From: an uncultured Leptospirales bacterium
Lineage (GTDB): Bacteria; Spirochaetota; UBA4802; UBA5368
DNA: 64,000 nt
Direction: 5' to 3'
Assembly: GCA_964624235.1 (NCBI GenBank)
Contig: CAZUXY010000001.1
Span: forward strand, 3,016-67,015
The notes below the pieces were generated by a model, which did no database searches, was not told where the DNA came from, and saw nothing but the letters and a program-made list of their open reading frames with translations. Positions 9,000 through 17,239 of this stretch are shown in pieces. Position 1 is the stretch's first letter. Every line of letters starts with the position of its first letter. The position numbers and the translations under genes are program-made.

Positions 9000-10457
9000 A
9001 TGAACATAAGATTACTGTCTATATCAATCACCGGATTTGTTCTGGGTTTTTTAATCGCGGGACTGGCTATACCCTCGATTAAGAGAATCATAGTCCGGCA
9101 TGAACTGATAAAATACATTAATTGTGAATTTTCCGAATACCTGCCTCTACCCTATCACCTTATAACACCTAGTTCAATGCGGCATTTGGTCGGTGAAGCC
9201 CTGCCGGAAATATATACGTACCTGGATGATGAAATACTGGAACATGTATACTCTGCAATGGAAAAAAAGAATTCAATTCATATTGAATACGCGAAAAACA
9301 ATCCCGGTTCCGACGAAGCAATAGTCGGGTATATGGCGCAAACAAAGTTGATTTCTCAACTACATTTGTCCGATAAAGAAGCCCTGGAAAAAATCAGGGC
9401 ACTAGATGTCACCCTTCATGCCATGGTACCGGCACGATCGTTCACCGAATACTACTCCTCCCAATCGCCGAAAGGAGAGATCACGTTGCCCGCCGAATTT
9501 GAACCTTTAGAATCTGTCCTTGTCGCGTGGCCGATTTATTATCCCTATAACTGGATAATTCATACTGAATTTGTGAAATCCATCACCTCGGCTCACGCGG
9601 ATGTACATATAGTATTGCCCAATAAGTTCTGGCAGAAGGGAGTGGAGATGTTTCTTTCGATGAACAAGGTGCCGCTTGACCATGTACGATTCATCCATAC
9701 GCCGATTGATAATGTATGGATACGCGATTATGGTCCTACAACCGTGTTTCAAAAAAAAACCGGCAAAAAGTGCCTGATAGCAAATCCATATCTACCGAAC
9801 GGAGAGCCATTTCCGAAAAAGGATGGAGAAGTCCCGCTAGATATCGGCCGTTACTATGGCCTGCCAGTATACAGACTGCCTCTCGTAATTGAAGGAGGAA
9901 ACCTTATTTCAGACGGAAAGGGGACATCCATAATGTTCAACTCCCTGCTGAAGCGCAATCCCGACATCACCGAGGAAACAACAAAAAAGATATTAAAAGA
10001 CTATTTTGGAATCGACAGGATGATCCTGCTTGAATGTCTGAAAGGAGAAATTACCGGCCATATCGATATGGTGGTGCGCTTTATTGACTCTGATACGATC
10101 ATGGTGGCTGAAAGCGAGCCCGGTTATAAATGGTATAACGATTTTGAGAAAATCGCGACACACCTTTCAGGATTAACCTCGTCTAACGGCTGTAAATATA
10201 AAATAGTAAGAGTTCCAATCGCGGACAACGATAATAACTCGGTTAATTTCTGGAGCTACGTCAACAGCCTTATCGTAAATAACACGGTGATTGTTCCTGT
10301 GTTCGGCGTACCCCAGGATGAGAAATCACTTGATATATACCGTAAGACGATGCCGAAATATAAAATAATCGCTATTAATATGCGCAACTACCAAGTGGGA
10401 TCCGTACATTGCCAGAGTAAAGAGATCCCCATCAGTATGTACGCTAAAAAGCGATAA
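9000..10457 (+). CDS. agmatine deiminase / Porphyromonas-type peptidyl-arginine deiminase family enzyme with an N-terminal TM anchor and a roughly 160-aa extension
   Basis: EFEPLESVLVAWPIYYP matches EWEPHEATWLAWPH. VWIRDYGP matches SWFRDSGP. LVIEGGNLISDGKGT, ITGHIDMVVRF and the C-terminal catalytic-Cys motif GSVHCQS match GGNIHCITQ. An N-terminal hydrophobic helix spans residues 5-27. SD-like AGGAGG 8 nt upstream. Confidence 0.75.
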   Translation: MNIRLLSISITGFVLGFLIAGLAIPSIKRIIVRHELIKYINCEFSEYLPLPYHLITPSSMRHLVGEALPEIYTYLDDEILEHVYSAMEKKNSIHIEYAKNNPGSDEAIVGYMAQTKLISQLHLSDKEALEKIRALDVTLHAMVPARSFTEYYSSQSPKGEITLPAEFEPLESVLVAWPIYYPYNWIIHTEFVKSITSAHADVHIVLPNKFWQKGVEMFLSMNKVPLDHVRFIHTPIDNVWIRDYGPTTVFQKKTGKKCLIANPYLPNGEPFPKKDGEVPLDIGRYYGLPVYRLPLVIEGGNLISDGKGTSIMFNSLLKRNPDITEETTKKILKDYFGIDRMILLECLKGEITGHIDMVVRFIDSDTIMVAESEPGYKWYNDFEKIATHLSGLTSSNGCKYKIVRVPIADNDNNSVNFWSYVNSLIVNNTVIVPVFGVPQDEKSLDIYRKTMPKYKIIAINMRNYQVGSVHCQSKEIPISMYAKKR

Positions 10458-10645
10458 TCCTTTTTTCAGCACAAATTTCATAAAATATTTGCAGTAAGTG
10501 GCTGAAATCAATAACCTTATCTCATTACAAAAATCCTTGTCAAAGCATGTTCCTGTAATATAAATATTTAAGGTTTCGACCCCTGTCCGCGGTTTCCAGA
10601 GAGTGCGATATCGACGGGGACTATAAACACCCGCAGGAGCATCTA

Positions 10646-12028
10646 ATGATCACTTTTGAAAGTTACGACGACACCATAAAAAAGGTTTACACCCACGGGC
10701 AGCAACACGTTTTCACCTTCTGGGACGAACTGACCGACGGTGAGAAGAGGGAGCTGTTACAGGACCTTTCCGGAATAGACTTCGGCAAATTGAAACAGCT
10801 CTACGAAATCGCCGATAAGGACGGGACGATCAACCGTAAATTCGGTCCTCCCGATTATATCCCCCTGCCCATGTCCAAAGAAGATAAAAAGCTCCAGTCC
10901 GAAGCACGGGAAGCGGGTACAGGGCACATCTGTGCAGGCAAAACAGCGGCGTTCGTGGTGGCGGGCGGCCAGGGCACACGCCTGGGATTCGACGGTCCCA
11001 AGGGTATCTTTCCCGTAGGGCCGGTCTCGAACAAATCCCTGTTCCAGATCCATGCGGAAAAAATACTTAAAAGCTGCTGGAAATACGGGGTAGCCATCCC
11101 TTGGCTCATCATGACCTCAAGGGGTAACCATGAAGACACCGTGGATTTTTTCAATCGGCATAAAAACTTCGGACTCGACGCCAACAACGTGACCATCTTT
11201 CCACAGAACATGATCCCTTCCATAGATCTCGAAGGCCGGCTCATTCTGGAAAGCAGAAGCCGGGTATTCCGCAATCCCGACGGGCACGGGGGCAGTCTCA
11301 CCGCACTGGAATCCTCCGGCGCCCTGAAGGCGATGGAACTTAAGGGCATAGAAACAATTTCGTACTTCCAGGTGGACAATCCCCTGGTAAGGATAATTGA
11401 TCCGGTTTTCATCGGGTTTCACGTTATAAGAAACGCCGATGTCTCCAGCAAAGGGCTCCTCAAGGCCTATCCGGAGGAAAAGCTCGGCGTATTTGTACGC
11501 TTTGACGACGGCTCCACCGGCGTGGTGGAATACTCCGACCTGCCTGAAAAGCTTCAAAACCGGAAAGAACCCGACGGCAGGCTAACCTTCAGGATGGGCA
11601 GCATAGCCATCCACCTGTTCAGGCTGAAGTTTATAAAAACGATCACAGGGGAGACCACGGCGGCCCTTCCCTTTCACGTGGCGCGCAAGAAGATCCCCTC
11701 GCTGTCTAGTGACGGCATCAGGGAACTGGAGGGATATAAGTTCGAAAAATTCGTATTTGACGCCCTGCCGCTTACCGGAAACAACGTGGTTCTGGAAACC
11801 GTCAGGGAGGAGGAGTTCGCCCCGGTAAAGAACAGAAACGGTATCGATTCTGTGGACTCGTGCCGTGAGCTTATGAGTTCCCTTCACCACCGGTGGCTGA
11901 AGGAGCGCAGTATCACGGTCCCTGAAACGGTTAAAGTGGTAGAGATATCCCCCTTGCTGGCGGTAGAGGCTGATGATCTGGATAAGGACCAGCAGGTACC
12001 TTCGGCCGAAAAGGTGTACCTGGAGTGA
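10646..12028 (+). CDS. UDP-sugar pyrophosphorylase, eukaryotic-type UDPGP family (UAP1/USP-like)
   Basis: FVVAGGQGTRLGFDGPKG carries the nucleotide-binding loop. NPDGHGG, FQVDNPLV and a C-terminal left-handed-helix-like tail fit the pfam UDPGP architecture. GC about 58%, typical of the host backbone. Confidence 0.75.
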   Translation: MITFESYDDTIKKVYTHGQQHVFTFWDELTDGEKRELLQDLSGIDFGKLKQLYEIADKDGTINRKFGPPDYIPLPMSKEDKKLQSEAREAGTGHICAGKTAAFVVAGGQGTRLGFDGPKGIFPVGPVSNKSLFQIHAEKILKSCWKYGVAIPWLIMTSRGNHEDTVDFFNRHKNFGLDANNVTIFPQNMIPSIDLEGRLILESRSRVFRNPDGHGGSLTALESSGALKAMELKGIETISYFQVDNPLVRIIDPVFIGFHVIRNADVSSKGLLKAYPEEKLGVFVRFDDGSTGVVEYSDLPEKLQNRKEPDGRLTFRMGSIAIHLFRLKFIKTITGETTAALPFHVARKKIPSLSSDGIRELEGYKFEKFVFDALPLTGNNVVLETVREEEFAPVKNRNGIDSVDSCRELMSSLHHRWLKERSITVPETVKVVEISPLLAVEADDLDKDQQVPSAEKVYLE

Positions 12029-12247
12029 TTTTACGCTAATCTGCTTGACATAACCGCGAAAACGGCGCTACGTTCGCGGCAAAGGCGCCGTCATTCGTCG
12101 ATAAAAAGTTTCGCGCTTACATGGATTTCTAGGGAAAAGACCGTTGATAATAAACTCTGCGCCTTCGTGTCTCTGCGGCCGATGCACTTCAGTTCATTTA
12201 TCTATTATGGTGCTGTATTTTTATACCCGGCAGGAAAGGTTGGTTCC

Positions 12248-13111
12248 ATGAAAAAATACATCGAAAAGGTAAACACGCTCACCGAGTCGTTCCCCTACAT
12301 TCGCGAGTTTTACGGTAAAACCATCGTTATCAAGTACGGCGGGCACGCGATGGAAGAGGAATCCCTCAGAAAGTCCTTTGCGGCCGACATGGTACTGCTG
12401 AAACTGGTGGGAGTAAACCCCGTGATCGTCCACGGCGGCGGGCCCCAGATCGGAAGCCTGCTGAAACAGCTGGGGAAGAAGAGCGAGTTTGTGGACGGGC
12501 TCAGGGTTACCGACGGCGAAACCATGGAGGTGGTCGAGATGGTGCTGGTGGGGAAGGTAAACAAGGAGATAGTCAACAACATCAATATGGTAGGAGGCCA
12601 TGCAGTCGGCCTGAGCGGTAAGGACGGGGGACTCCTGGTGGCCGAAAAGGTCTACCATAACTCCAATGGGAAACCAATGGATATAGGCCAGGTGGGGACG
12701 GTCAAAAAAGTGAACCCGCGCATCATCGAAACTCTCGACCGGGAACGTTTTATCCCGGTGATCGCCCCCATAGGGTTCGACGAAACGGGAATGACCTACA
12801 ACATAAACGCCGACATCGCGGCGGGAAAGATCGCTGAAGCGTTGAAGGCCGAAAAGCTTATACTGCTTACCGACGTCGAGGGGGTGAAGATCGCAGACAA
12901 ACTCGCTTCTTCCCTTACCGACAGGGAGATCCCTGACCTGATTAAACGAAACGAGATCTCCGGCGGGATGATACCCAAGGTGCGGTGCTGTCTCGACGCC
13001 ATCGCGGCGGGAGTCAATAAGACCCACATCATCGACGGAAGGGTCGAGCATGCCGTGCTGCTCGAGATATTCACCGATGCCGGGATAGGCACCGAGATCG
13101 TAACCTCCTGA
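12248..13111 (+). CDS. argB: acetylglutamate kinase
   Basis: From the ATG at 12248: [62 protein letters not shown] is the canonical ArgB signature. The track ORF begins at an upstream GTG (12167) whose 27 extra residues are not ArgB-like. Confidence 0.9.
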   Translation: MKKYIEKVNTLTESFPYIREFYGKTIVIKYGGHAMEEESLRKSFAADMVLLKLVGVNPVIVHGGGPQIGSLLKQLGKKSEFVDGLRVTDGETMEVVEMVLVGKVNKEIVNNINMVGGHAVGLSGKDGGLLVAEKVYHNSNGKPMDIGQVGTVKKVNPRIIETLDRERFIPVIAPIGFDETGMTYNINADIAAGKIAEALKAEKLILLTDVEGVKIADKLASSLTDREIPDLIKRNEISGGMIPKVRCCLDAIAAGVNKTHIIDGRVEHAVLLEIFTDAGIGTEIVTS

Positions 13112-13122
13112 TCACGGAAAAA

Positions 13123-13152
13123 TGTTTGACATAAACCCTTCGGTCAATAGAT
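13123..13152 (+). promoter_or_regulatory. putative sigma70 promoter for tRNA-Ser
   Basis: TTGACA at 13127, a 16-nt spacer, then TAGATT just upstream of the tRNA 5' end. A similar TTGACATAA motif occurs at about 12042 upstream of argB. Confidence 0.3.
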
Positions 13153-13159
13153 TAGCCCC

Positions 13160-13243
13160 GGAGGGTTGTCTGAGCGGTCTATAGAGGCGGTCTTGAAAAC
13201 CGTTGGGTTAACAGCCCCGGGGGTTCGAATCCCTCACCCTCCG
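13160..13243 (+). tRNA. tRNA-Ser (anticodon TGA)
   Basis: Acceptor stem GGAGGGT/ACCCTCC. D-arm GTCTGAGCGGTCTATAGA. Anticodon loop CT-TGA-AA. Long variable arm typical of class II Ser. T-arm GGTTCGAATCC. Discriminator G. Confidence 0.8.
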
Positions 13244-13263
13244 CAGATACCTCAATTAATCAA

Positions 13264-13348
13264 GGAGAGATGCCCGAGAGGCCGAAGGGGACGGTTTGCT
13301 AAACCGTTGTACCATTAGGTACCAAGGGTTCGAATCCCTTTCTCTCCG
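13264..13348 (+). tRNA. tRNA-Ser (anticodon GCT)
   Basis: Acceptor GGAGAGA/TCTCTCC. Anticodon loop TT-GCT-AA. Long variable arm. T-loop GGTTCGAATCC. Confidence 0.8.
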
Positions 13349-13368
13349 ATATTATCGTCAGGAACAGG

Positions 13369-13833
13369 ATGATCACACGCGAGAAATTCCAGTCTGCGGT
13401 CTCAACGATCGCGACGAAAGCCCTTTTTCTGAAAGAAAAAGCCGTATACATATGGAAGCACGCTCCTTCGTACTGGAACGCGGTTTTTGAGAAAAAAAAC
13501 GAAGGCTACCTTGCGGCCGCGGCGTATATCCCGTTCATCGGCTGGCTGTTGCCGCTCTACCTGAAAGAAGAGAGTGATTTCTGCCAGGAGAGCGGCAAGA
13601 CGGGATTCATTCTGGCCATTTTTTTCACGGGCCTGGTATTAGGTCTTTTTTTCATCAACTTGTTTTTCATTCCCAGGGACTGGAGGGTGGTCCGTCTTAT
13701 CATGGTACTGCTGGTGTATGCATGCTACGCAGTGTACTTTCCTCTCTGCGGGTACGGGATGTACCTTTCGGTGCACGGAAAAAAACTTGAAATCCCGTTC
13801 CTTTCGCAGTATAGGAACATTATTCCGCTGTAA
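13369..13833 (+). CDS. hypothetical small integral membrane protein
   Basis: 154 aa with three to four hydrophobic helices (IPFIGWLLPLYL, GFILAIFFTGLVLGLFFINLFFI, LIMVLLVYACYAVYFPL). Sits between the tRNA genes. No catalytic motifs. Confidence 0.5.
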   Translation: MITREKFQSAVSTIATKALFLKEKAVYIWKHAPSYWNAVFEKKNEGYLAAAAYIPFIGWLLPLYLKEESDFCQESGKTGFILAIFFTGLVLGLFFINLFFIPRDWRVVRLIMVLLVYACYAVYFPLCGYGMYLSVHGKKLEIPFLSQYRNIIPL

Positions 13834-13846
13834 CCAGTAAACAAAC

Positions 13847-13920
13847 GCGTCCATAGCTCAGTTGGATAGAGCGCCGGACTACGAATCCGTAGGTCAGAGG
13901 TTCGAATCCTCTTGGACGCA
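13847..13920 (+). tRNA. tRNA-Arg (anticodon ACG)
   Basis: Acceptor GCGTCCA/TGGACGC. D-arm AGCTCAGTTGGATAGAGC. Anticodon loop CT-ACG-AA. T-arm GGTTCGAATCC. Discriminator A. Confidence 0.8.
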
Positions 13921-13928
13921 AAGAACCC

Positions 13929-13956
13929 GAAAGCGCGGATACGTATCCGCGCTTTC
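13929..13956 (+). terminator. perfect 14+14 palindromic hairpin after tRNA-Arg, a putative intrinsic terminator or processing hairpin
   Basis: GAAAGCGCGGATAC/GTATCCGCGCTTTC followed by TTCTTACTAT, a weak U-tract. Lies between the tRNA-Arg(ACG) 3' end and the tadA ATG. Confidence 0.4.
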
Positions 13957-13990
13957 TTACTATATGCAACAGAGTATCGGTATCTTTACC

Positions 13991-14452
13991 ATGAACAGCG
14001 ACGAAATCTACATGCGGCTCGCGCTTGACGAAGCGCGCAAAGCGGCAGAAAGGGGCGAAGTGCCCGTCGGCGCTGTTATCGTGGACGGCGGTACGGTGAT
14101 CGTAAGGGCGTGCAACCGCAACCGGTCGCTGAACGACCCGGTACAGCATGCCGAGATAATCGCCATAAGGGAAGCCGCGCTGCTGCGCGCAAACGAAAGA
14201 CTGACGGGCTGCGATATCTACGTAACCAAGGAGCCGTGCGCCATGTGCGCGGGGGCCATAGTGCACGCGCGCATCCAAAGGGTATACATCGGCACAGAAG
14301 ATGAAAAATACGGCGCCTGCGGTACGGTGCTTTCAGTGTGCGGAAATCCCCGTCTTAATCATATACCGGAAGTCCGCTTCGGGATATTAAGGGAAGAATG
14401 CGCGCGGCTGCTTACCGACTTTTTCAAAAAACTCCGTCGAGGGAAGGAGTAA
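13991..14452 (+). CDS. tadA: tRNA-specific adenosine deaminase
   Basis: MNSDEIYMRLALDEARKAAERGEVPVGAVIV...HAEIIAIREA...TKEPCAMCAGAI is the CDA-fold HAE...PCxxC zinc motif of TadA. 153 aa. The track ORF (from 13862) runs back into the tRNA and is rejected as the start. Confidence 0.85.
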   Translation: MNSDEIYMRLALDEARKAAERGEVPVGAVIVDGGTVIVRACNRNRSLNDPVQHAEIIAIREAALLRANERLTGCDIYVTKEPCAMCAGAIVHARIQRVYIGTEDEKYGACGTVLSVCGNPRLNHIPEVRFGILREECARLLTDFFKKLRRGKE

Positions 14453-14474
14453 CGGCGAACCTTCAGTGCGGCGA

Positions 14475-15941
14475 TCACCTTTTACCCAGAAGCGAGCCCA
14501 GCACCCCGCGGATAAGGGAACGACCCAGCTGGCTGCCTACCGCCCGGGCGGCGCTCTTTACCATGGCGTCCACGACCGAATCCCCCCGTCGCCCCCGTTT
14601 GGCCTCACGCGGTTCCTCCTGTTCGACGGCGTCTTCTGTTTCTGCCGTCTTTTCGGCCTTTCCCTTCAGTATCTCGAACGCCGATTCCCGGTCGACCTCC
14701 TTCTCATAATGGCCGTAAAGGGCCGACCCTTTGATGATGCTTACCCGCTCATCCTTCGTTAACGGCCCTATGCGGCTTTCCGGCGGGCGTATATGGGCAC
14801 GCTGGACGATTCCCGGAGTCCCCTTCTCGTCAAGAAAACTCACCAGGGCCTCTCCCACCCCCAGTTCCATAATGGCCTTCTCGGTGTCTAGTTTCGGGTT
14901 TTCCCGAAAGGTCTGTGCGGCTGCCCTGACGGCCTTCTGGTCACGGGGGGTAAAGGCCCGCAGCGCGTGCTGAATGCGGTTTCCCATCTGGCCCAGCACC
15001 CTGTCGGGAACATCCAGGGGATTCTGGGTGATAAAATAGACTCCCACCCCCTTGGATCGGATCAACCGCACCACCTGTTCTATCTTCTCAAGCAGGGCGG
15101 CCGGCGCGTCGGTGAACAGGAGGTGCGCTTCATCAAAGAAGAAGACCAGCTTCGGTTTTTCCGGGTCCCCCGTTTCGGGGAGCTGTTCGAAGAGCTCCGA
15201 GAGCAGCCACAGGAGAAAGCTCGCATACACCCGCGGCACGTTGATGAGCCGGTCCGCGGCGAGAATGTTTATGATCCCCTGACCTTTCGTGTCGGTCTGC
15301 AGAAAGTCGTTCATGTCCAGCGCCGGCTCGCCGAAGATGCTGCCGGCCCCCTCCTCCTCCAGGGCGAGGAGCCCCCTTTGAATGGCGCCCACGCTGGCCG
15401 CCGACACTTTTCCGTACTCGGTGGTGATCTCCCGCGCATGGTCCCCTGTGTGCTGGAGCATGGCCCTCAGGTCTTTCAGATCGAGCAAAAGCAGCCCGTT
15501 GTCGTCGGCGAAGCGGAACACCAGGGAAAGCACGCCGCTCTGGGTTTCATTCAGGTTCAACAGCCGCGACAGCAGCAGCGGTCCCATTTCGGTGATGGTG
15601 GTGCGCACAGGATGTCCCTGCGCCCCGAAGAGGTCCCAGAAAACCACCGGGCACCCTGCCGGGGTGTAGTTACTTATGGACATATCTTTGATTCGTTCCT
15701 TTACCTTCGGATTGTCGCCGGCGGGTTTGCCGATGCCCGCGAGATCGCCCTTGACATCGGCCATGAAACAGGGGACGCCGATGCGGCTGAACTGTTCGGC
15801 AAGCACCTGCAGCGTCACGGTTTTGCCGGTACCGGTGGCGCCGGCGATCAGGCCGTGCCGGTTAGCCATCCTCGGCAGCAGAAAAAGTTCTTTATCAGAT
15901 TTCGCTATGAAAAGTCCGTTTTCTTTCATGATATTCCTCAC
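14475..15941 (-). CDS. DUF853/HerA-like P-loop NTPase (YjgR family)
   Basis: Walker A GATGTGKT near the N-terminus and Walker [10 protein letters not shown]. 488 aa with a basic/acidic C-terminal tail. Architecture of the HerA-like ATPase family. Confidence 0.7.
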   Translation of the reverse strand: MRNIMKENGLFIAKSDKELFLLPRMANRHGLIAGATGTGKTVTLQVLAEQFSRIGVPCFMADVKGDLAGIGKPAGDNPKVKERIKDMSISNYTPAGCPVVFWDLFGAQGHPVRTTITEMGPLLLSRLLNLNETQSGVLSLVFRFADDNGLLLLDLKDLRAMLQHTGDHAREITTEYGKVSAASVGAIQRGLLALEEEGAGSIFGEPALDMNDFLQTDTKGQGIINILAADRLINVPRVYASFLLWLLSELFEQLPETGDPEKPKLVFFFDEAHLLFTDAPAALLEKIEQVVRLIRSKGVGVYFITQNPLDVPDRVLGQMGNRIQHALRAFTPRDQKAVRAAAQTFRENPKLDTEKAIMELGVGEALVSFLDEKGTPGIVQRAHIRPPESRIGPLTKDERVSIIKGSALYGHYEKEVDRESAFEILKGKAEKTAETEDAVEQEEPREAKRGRRGDSVVDAMVKSAARAVGSQLGRSLIRGVLGSLLGKR

Positions 15942-16183
15942 GTCGATTCAGGCCCATCGGCCGTTTCCCGGTATCACCATCTGCTTTCATGGAGCATAAT
16001 CAAGAAAAAACCGTCCGTCAACCATATTTGGAACCGTCGGGTCATTGCACCTGAAACCGGAATTATTTGCCGTGTCAGTGTTCACACCAAAAAATGCAAC
16101 ATAACACTGTTATGAATTTATGGTTGAAAAAATCGTTTCACACCGTAAGTCTGGAATCACATCATCCTCGAAGGAGCGGCTTT

Positions 16184-17005
16184 ATGTCAAATTATGAGTT
16201 CTATATCGTCGATAAAAAACCTCCCATCGCGTGGGTCTACCTTAACAGGCCCGACAAGCTAAACGCGATGCACGCGCCCGCATGGAAGGAATCCATTCCC
16301 ATTTTCCAGGACCTGGACCGGGACGACGCGATCAAAGTGGTAATTATATCAGGGAAGGGAAGCTGCTTCACCGCCGGCATCGACCTTATCGGCATGGCGC
16401 CCGAGGTTCCCGAGATAATGCCCAAGGACCCCAGGGGCGCCGTCAAGATAAAGCTGGTACAGAAGATCCAGGCGCTGCAGGAAACCATGACCAGCATAGA
16501 GCGCTGCAAAAAACCGGTCATCGCGGCGGTGCATGGATACTGCATAGGCGCCGGCCTAGATATGATCACCGCCTGCGATATACGCCTGTGTTCCAGAGAC
16601 GCGGTTTTTTCGGTGCGGGAGGCCAAGGTCGCCATCGTCGCCGACGTGGGAACCCTGCAGCGGCTGCCCCACATCGTGGGCCAGGGCATCGCCCGGGAAA
16701 TGGCGTACACGGCGAAGGACATCGACGCACAGCGCGCCAGAGAGGTGAATCTGGTGAACCATGTCTACGAGGACTATGATTCCCTCATGAAAGGCGCCGA
16801 GGAGATGGCGAATGAAATCCTCACCAATTCGCCGCTGGCGGTACAGGCATCGAAGATGGTGCTGAACTACTGTATCGGCAAAACCATCGATGACGGACTG
16901 AAATACGTGTCCGCCGTCAGTTCGAACATTCTCCCCTCCGACGACCTGGTGGAGGCTATAACCGCACGGATGGAGAAAAGGAAACCCAATTTTACTGGGA
17001 AATAA
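16184..17005 (+). CDS. enoyl-CoA hydratase/isomerase (crotonase fold)
   Basis: From the ATG at 16184 (RBS AAGGAG): MSNYEFYIVDKKPPIAWVYLNRPDKLNAM..FTAGIDL..PVIAAVHGYCIGAGLDM are crotonase oxyanion-hole segments. The track ORF starts further upstream at 16067. Confidence 0.85.
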   Translation: MSNYEFYIVDKKPPIAWVYLNRPDKLNAMHAPAWKESIPIFQDLDRDDAIKVVIISGKGSCFTAGIDLIGMAPEVPEIMPKDPRGAVKIKLVQKIQALQETMTSIERCKKPVIAAVHGYCIGAGLDMITACDIRLCSRDAVFSVREAKVAIVADVGTLQRLPHIVGQGIAREMAYTAKDIDAQRAREVNLVNHVYEDYDSLMKGAEEMANEILTNSPLAVQASKMVLNYCIGKTIDDGLKYVSAVSSNILPSDDLVEAITARMEKRKPNFTGK

Positions 17006-17059
17006 TAAAACAAACCGATGTTACTTTAAGCACTGTGGTACATTTTATCAGCCACGGAG

Positions 17060-17216
17060 GCACAGAGGAAAAGCGTCGCAAAACCAGTTCATACTGCTAT
17101 CTTTTCAGGCAAAGCGGAAAGTCAATTTGTAAAAAGCATACATCCCGCTGCTTGATTCCCTGAAACAGCACGGGTTTGTTTTTCTTGTTCCCCAAAAACC
17201 TCTGTGCCTCTGTGGC
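17060..17216. repeat. 17-nt imperfect inverted repeat bracketing a 120-nt spacer in the convergent echA/asmA intergenic region
   Basis: CCACGGAGGCACAGAGG at about 17061 and CCTCTGTGCCTCTGTGG at about 17198 are 16/17 complementary. A related GGAGGCACAAAGG / CCTTTGTTGTGCC pair occurs on the other side of asmA (18850-19010). Confidence 0.35.
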
Positions 17217-17239
17217 AATATTTATTGATCTTTTGTTTC

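Noticed and set aside
12167-12247. Upstream GTG start giving ArgB a 27-aa hydrophobic N-terminal extension.
   Set aside because: The extension ([27 protein letters not shown]) is not part of the ArgB family. The ATG at 12248 gives the canonical MKKY... N-terminus.
13862-13990. Track ORF start for tadA that begins inside tRNA-Arg.
   Set aside because: It would translate through the tRNA and its terminator hairpin. The TadA homology starts at the ATG at 13991.
14967-16115. 382-aa plus-strand ORF antisense to the DUF853 ATPase gene.
   Set aside because: The opposite strand encodes a protein with clear Walker A/B motifs. The ORF is Arg/Gly/His-rich with no motifs, a typical shadow ORF of GC-rich coding DNA.
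16237-16779. Overlapping ORFs on both strands (161 aa minus, 165 aa plus) inside the enoyl-CoA hydratase gene.
   Set aside because: The hydratase frame has clear crotonase motifs. The others are Arg/Gly-rich shadow frames.
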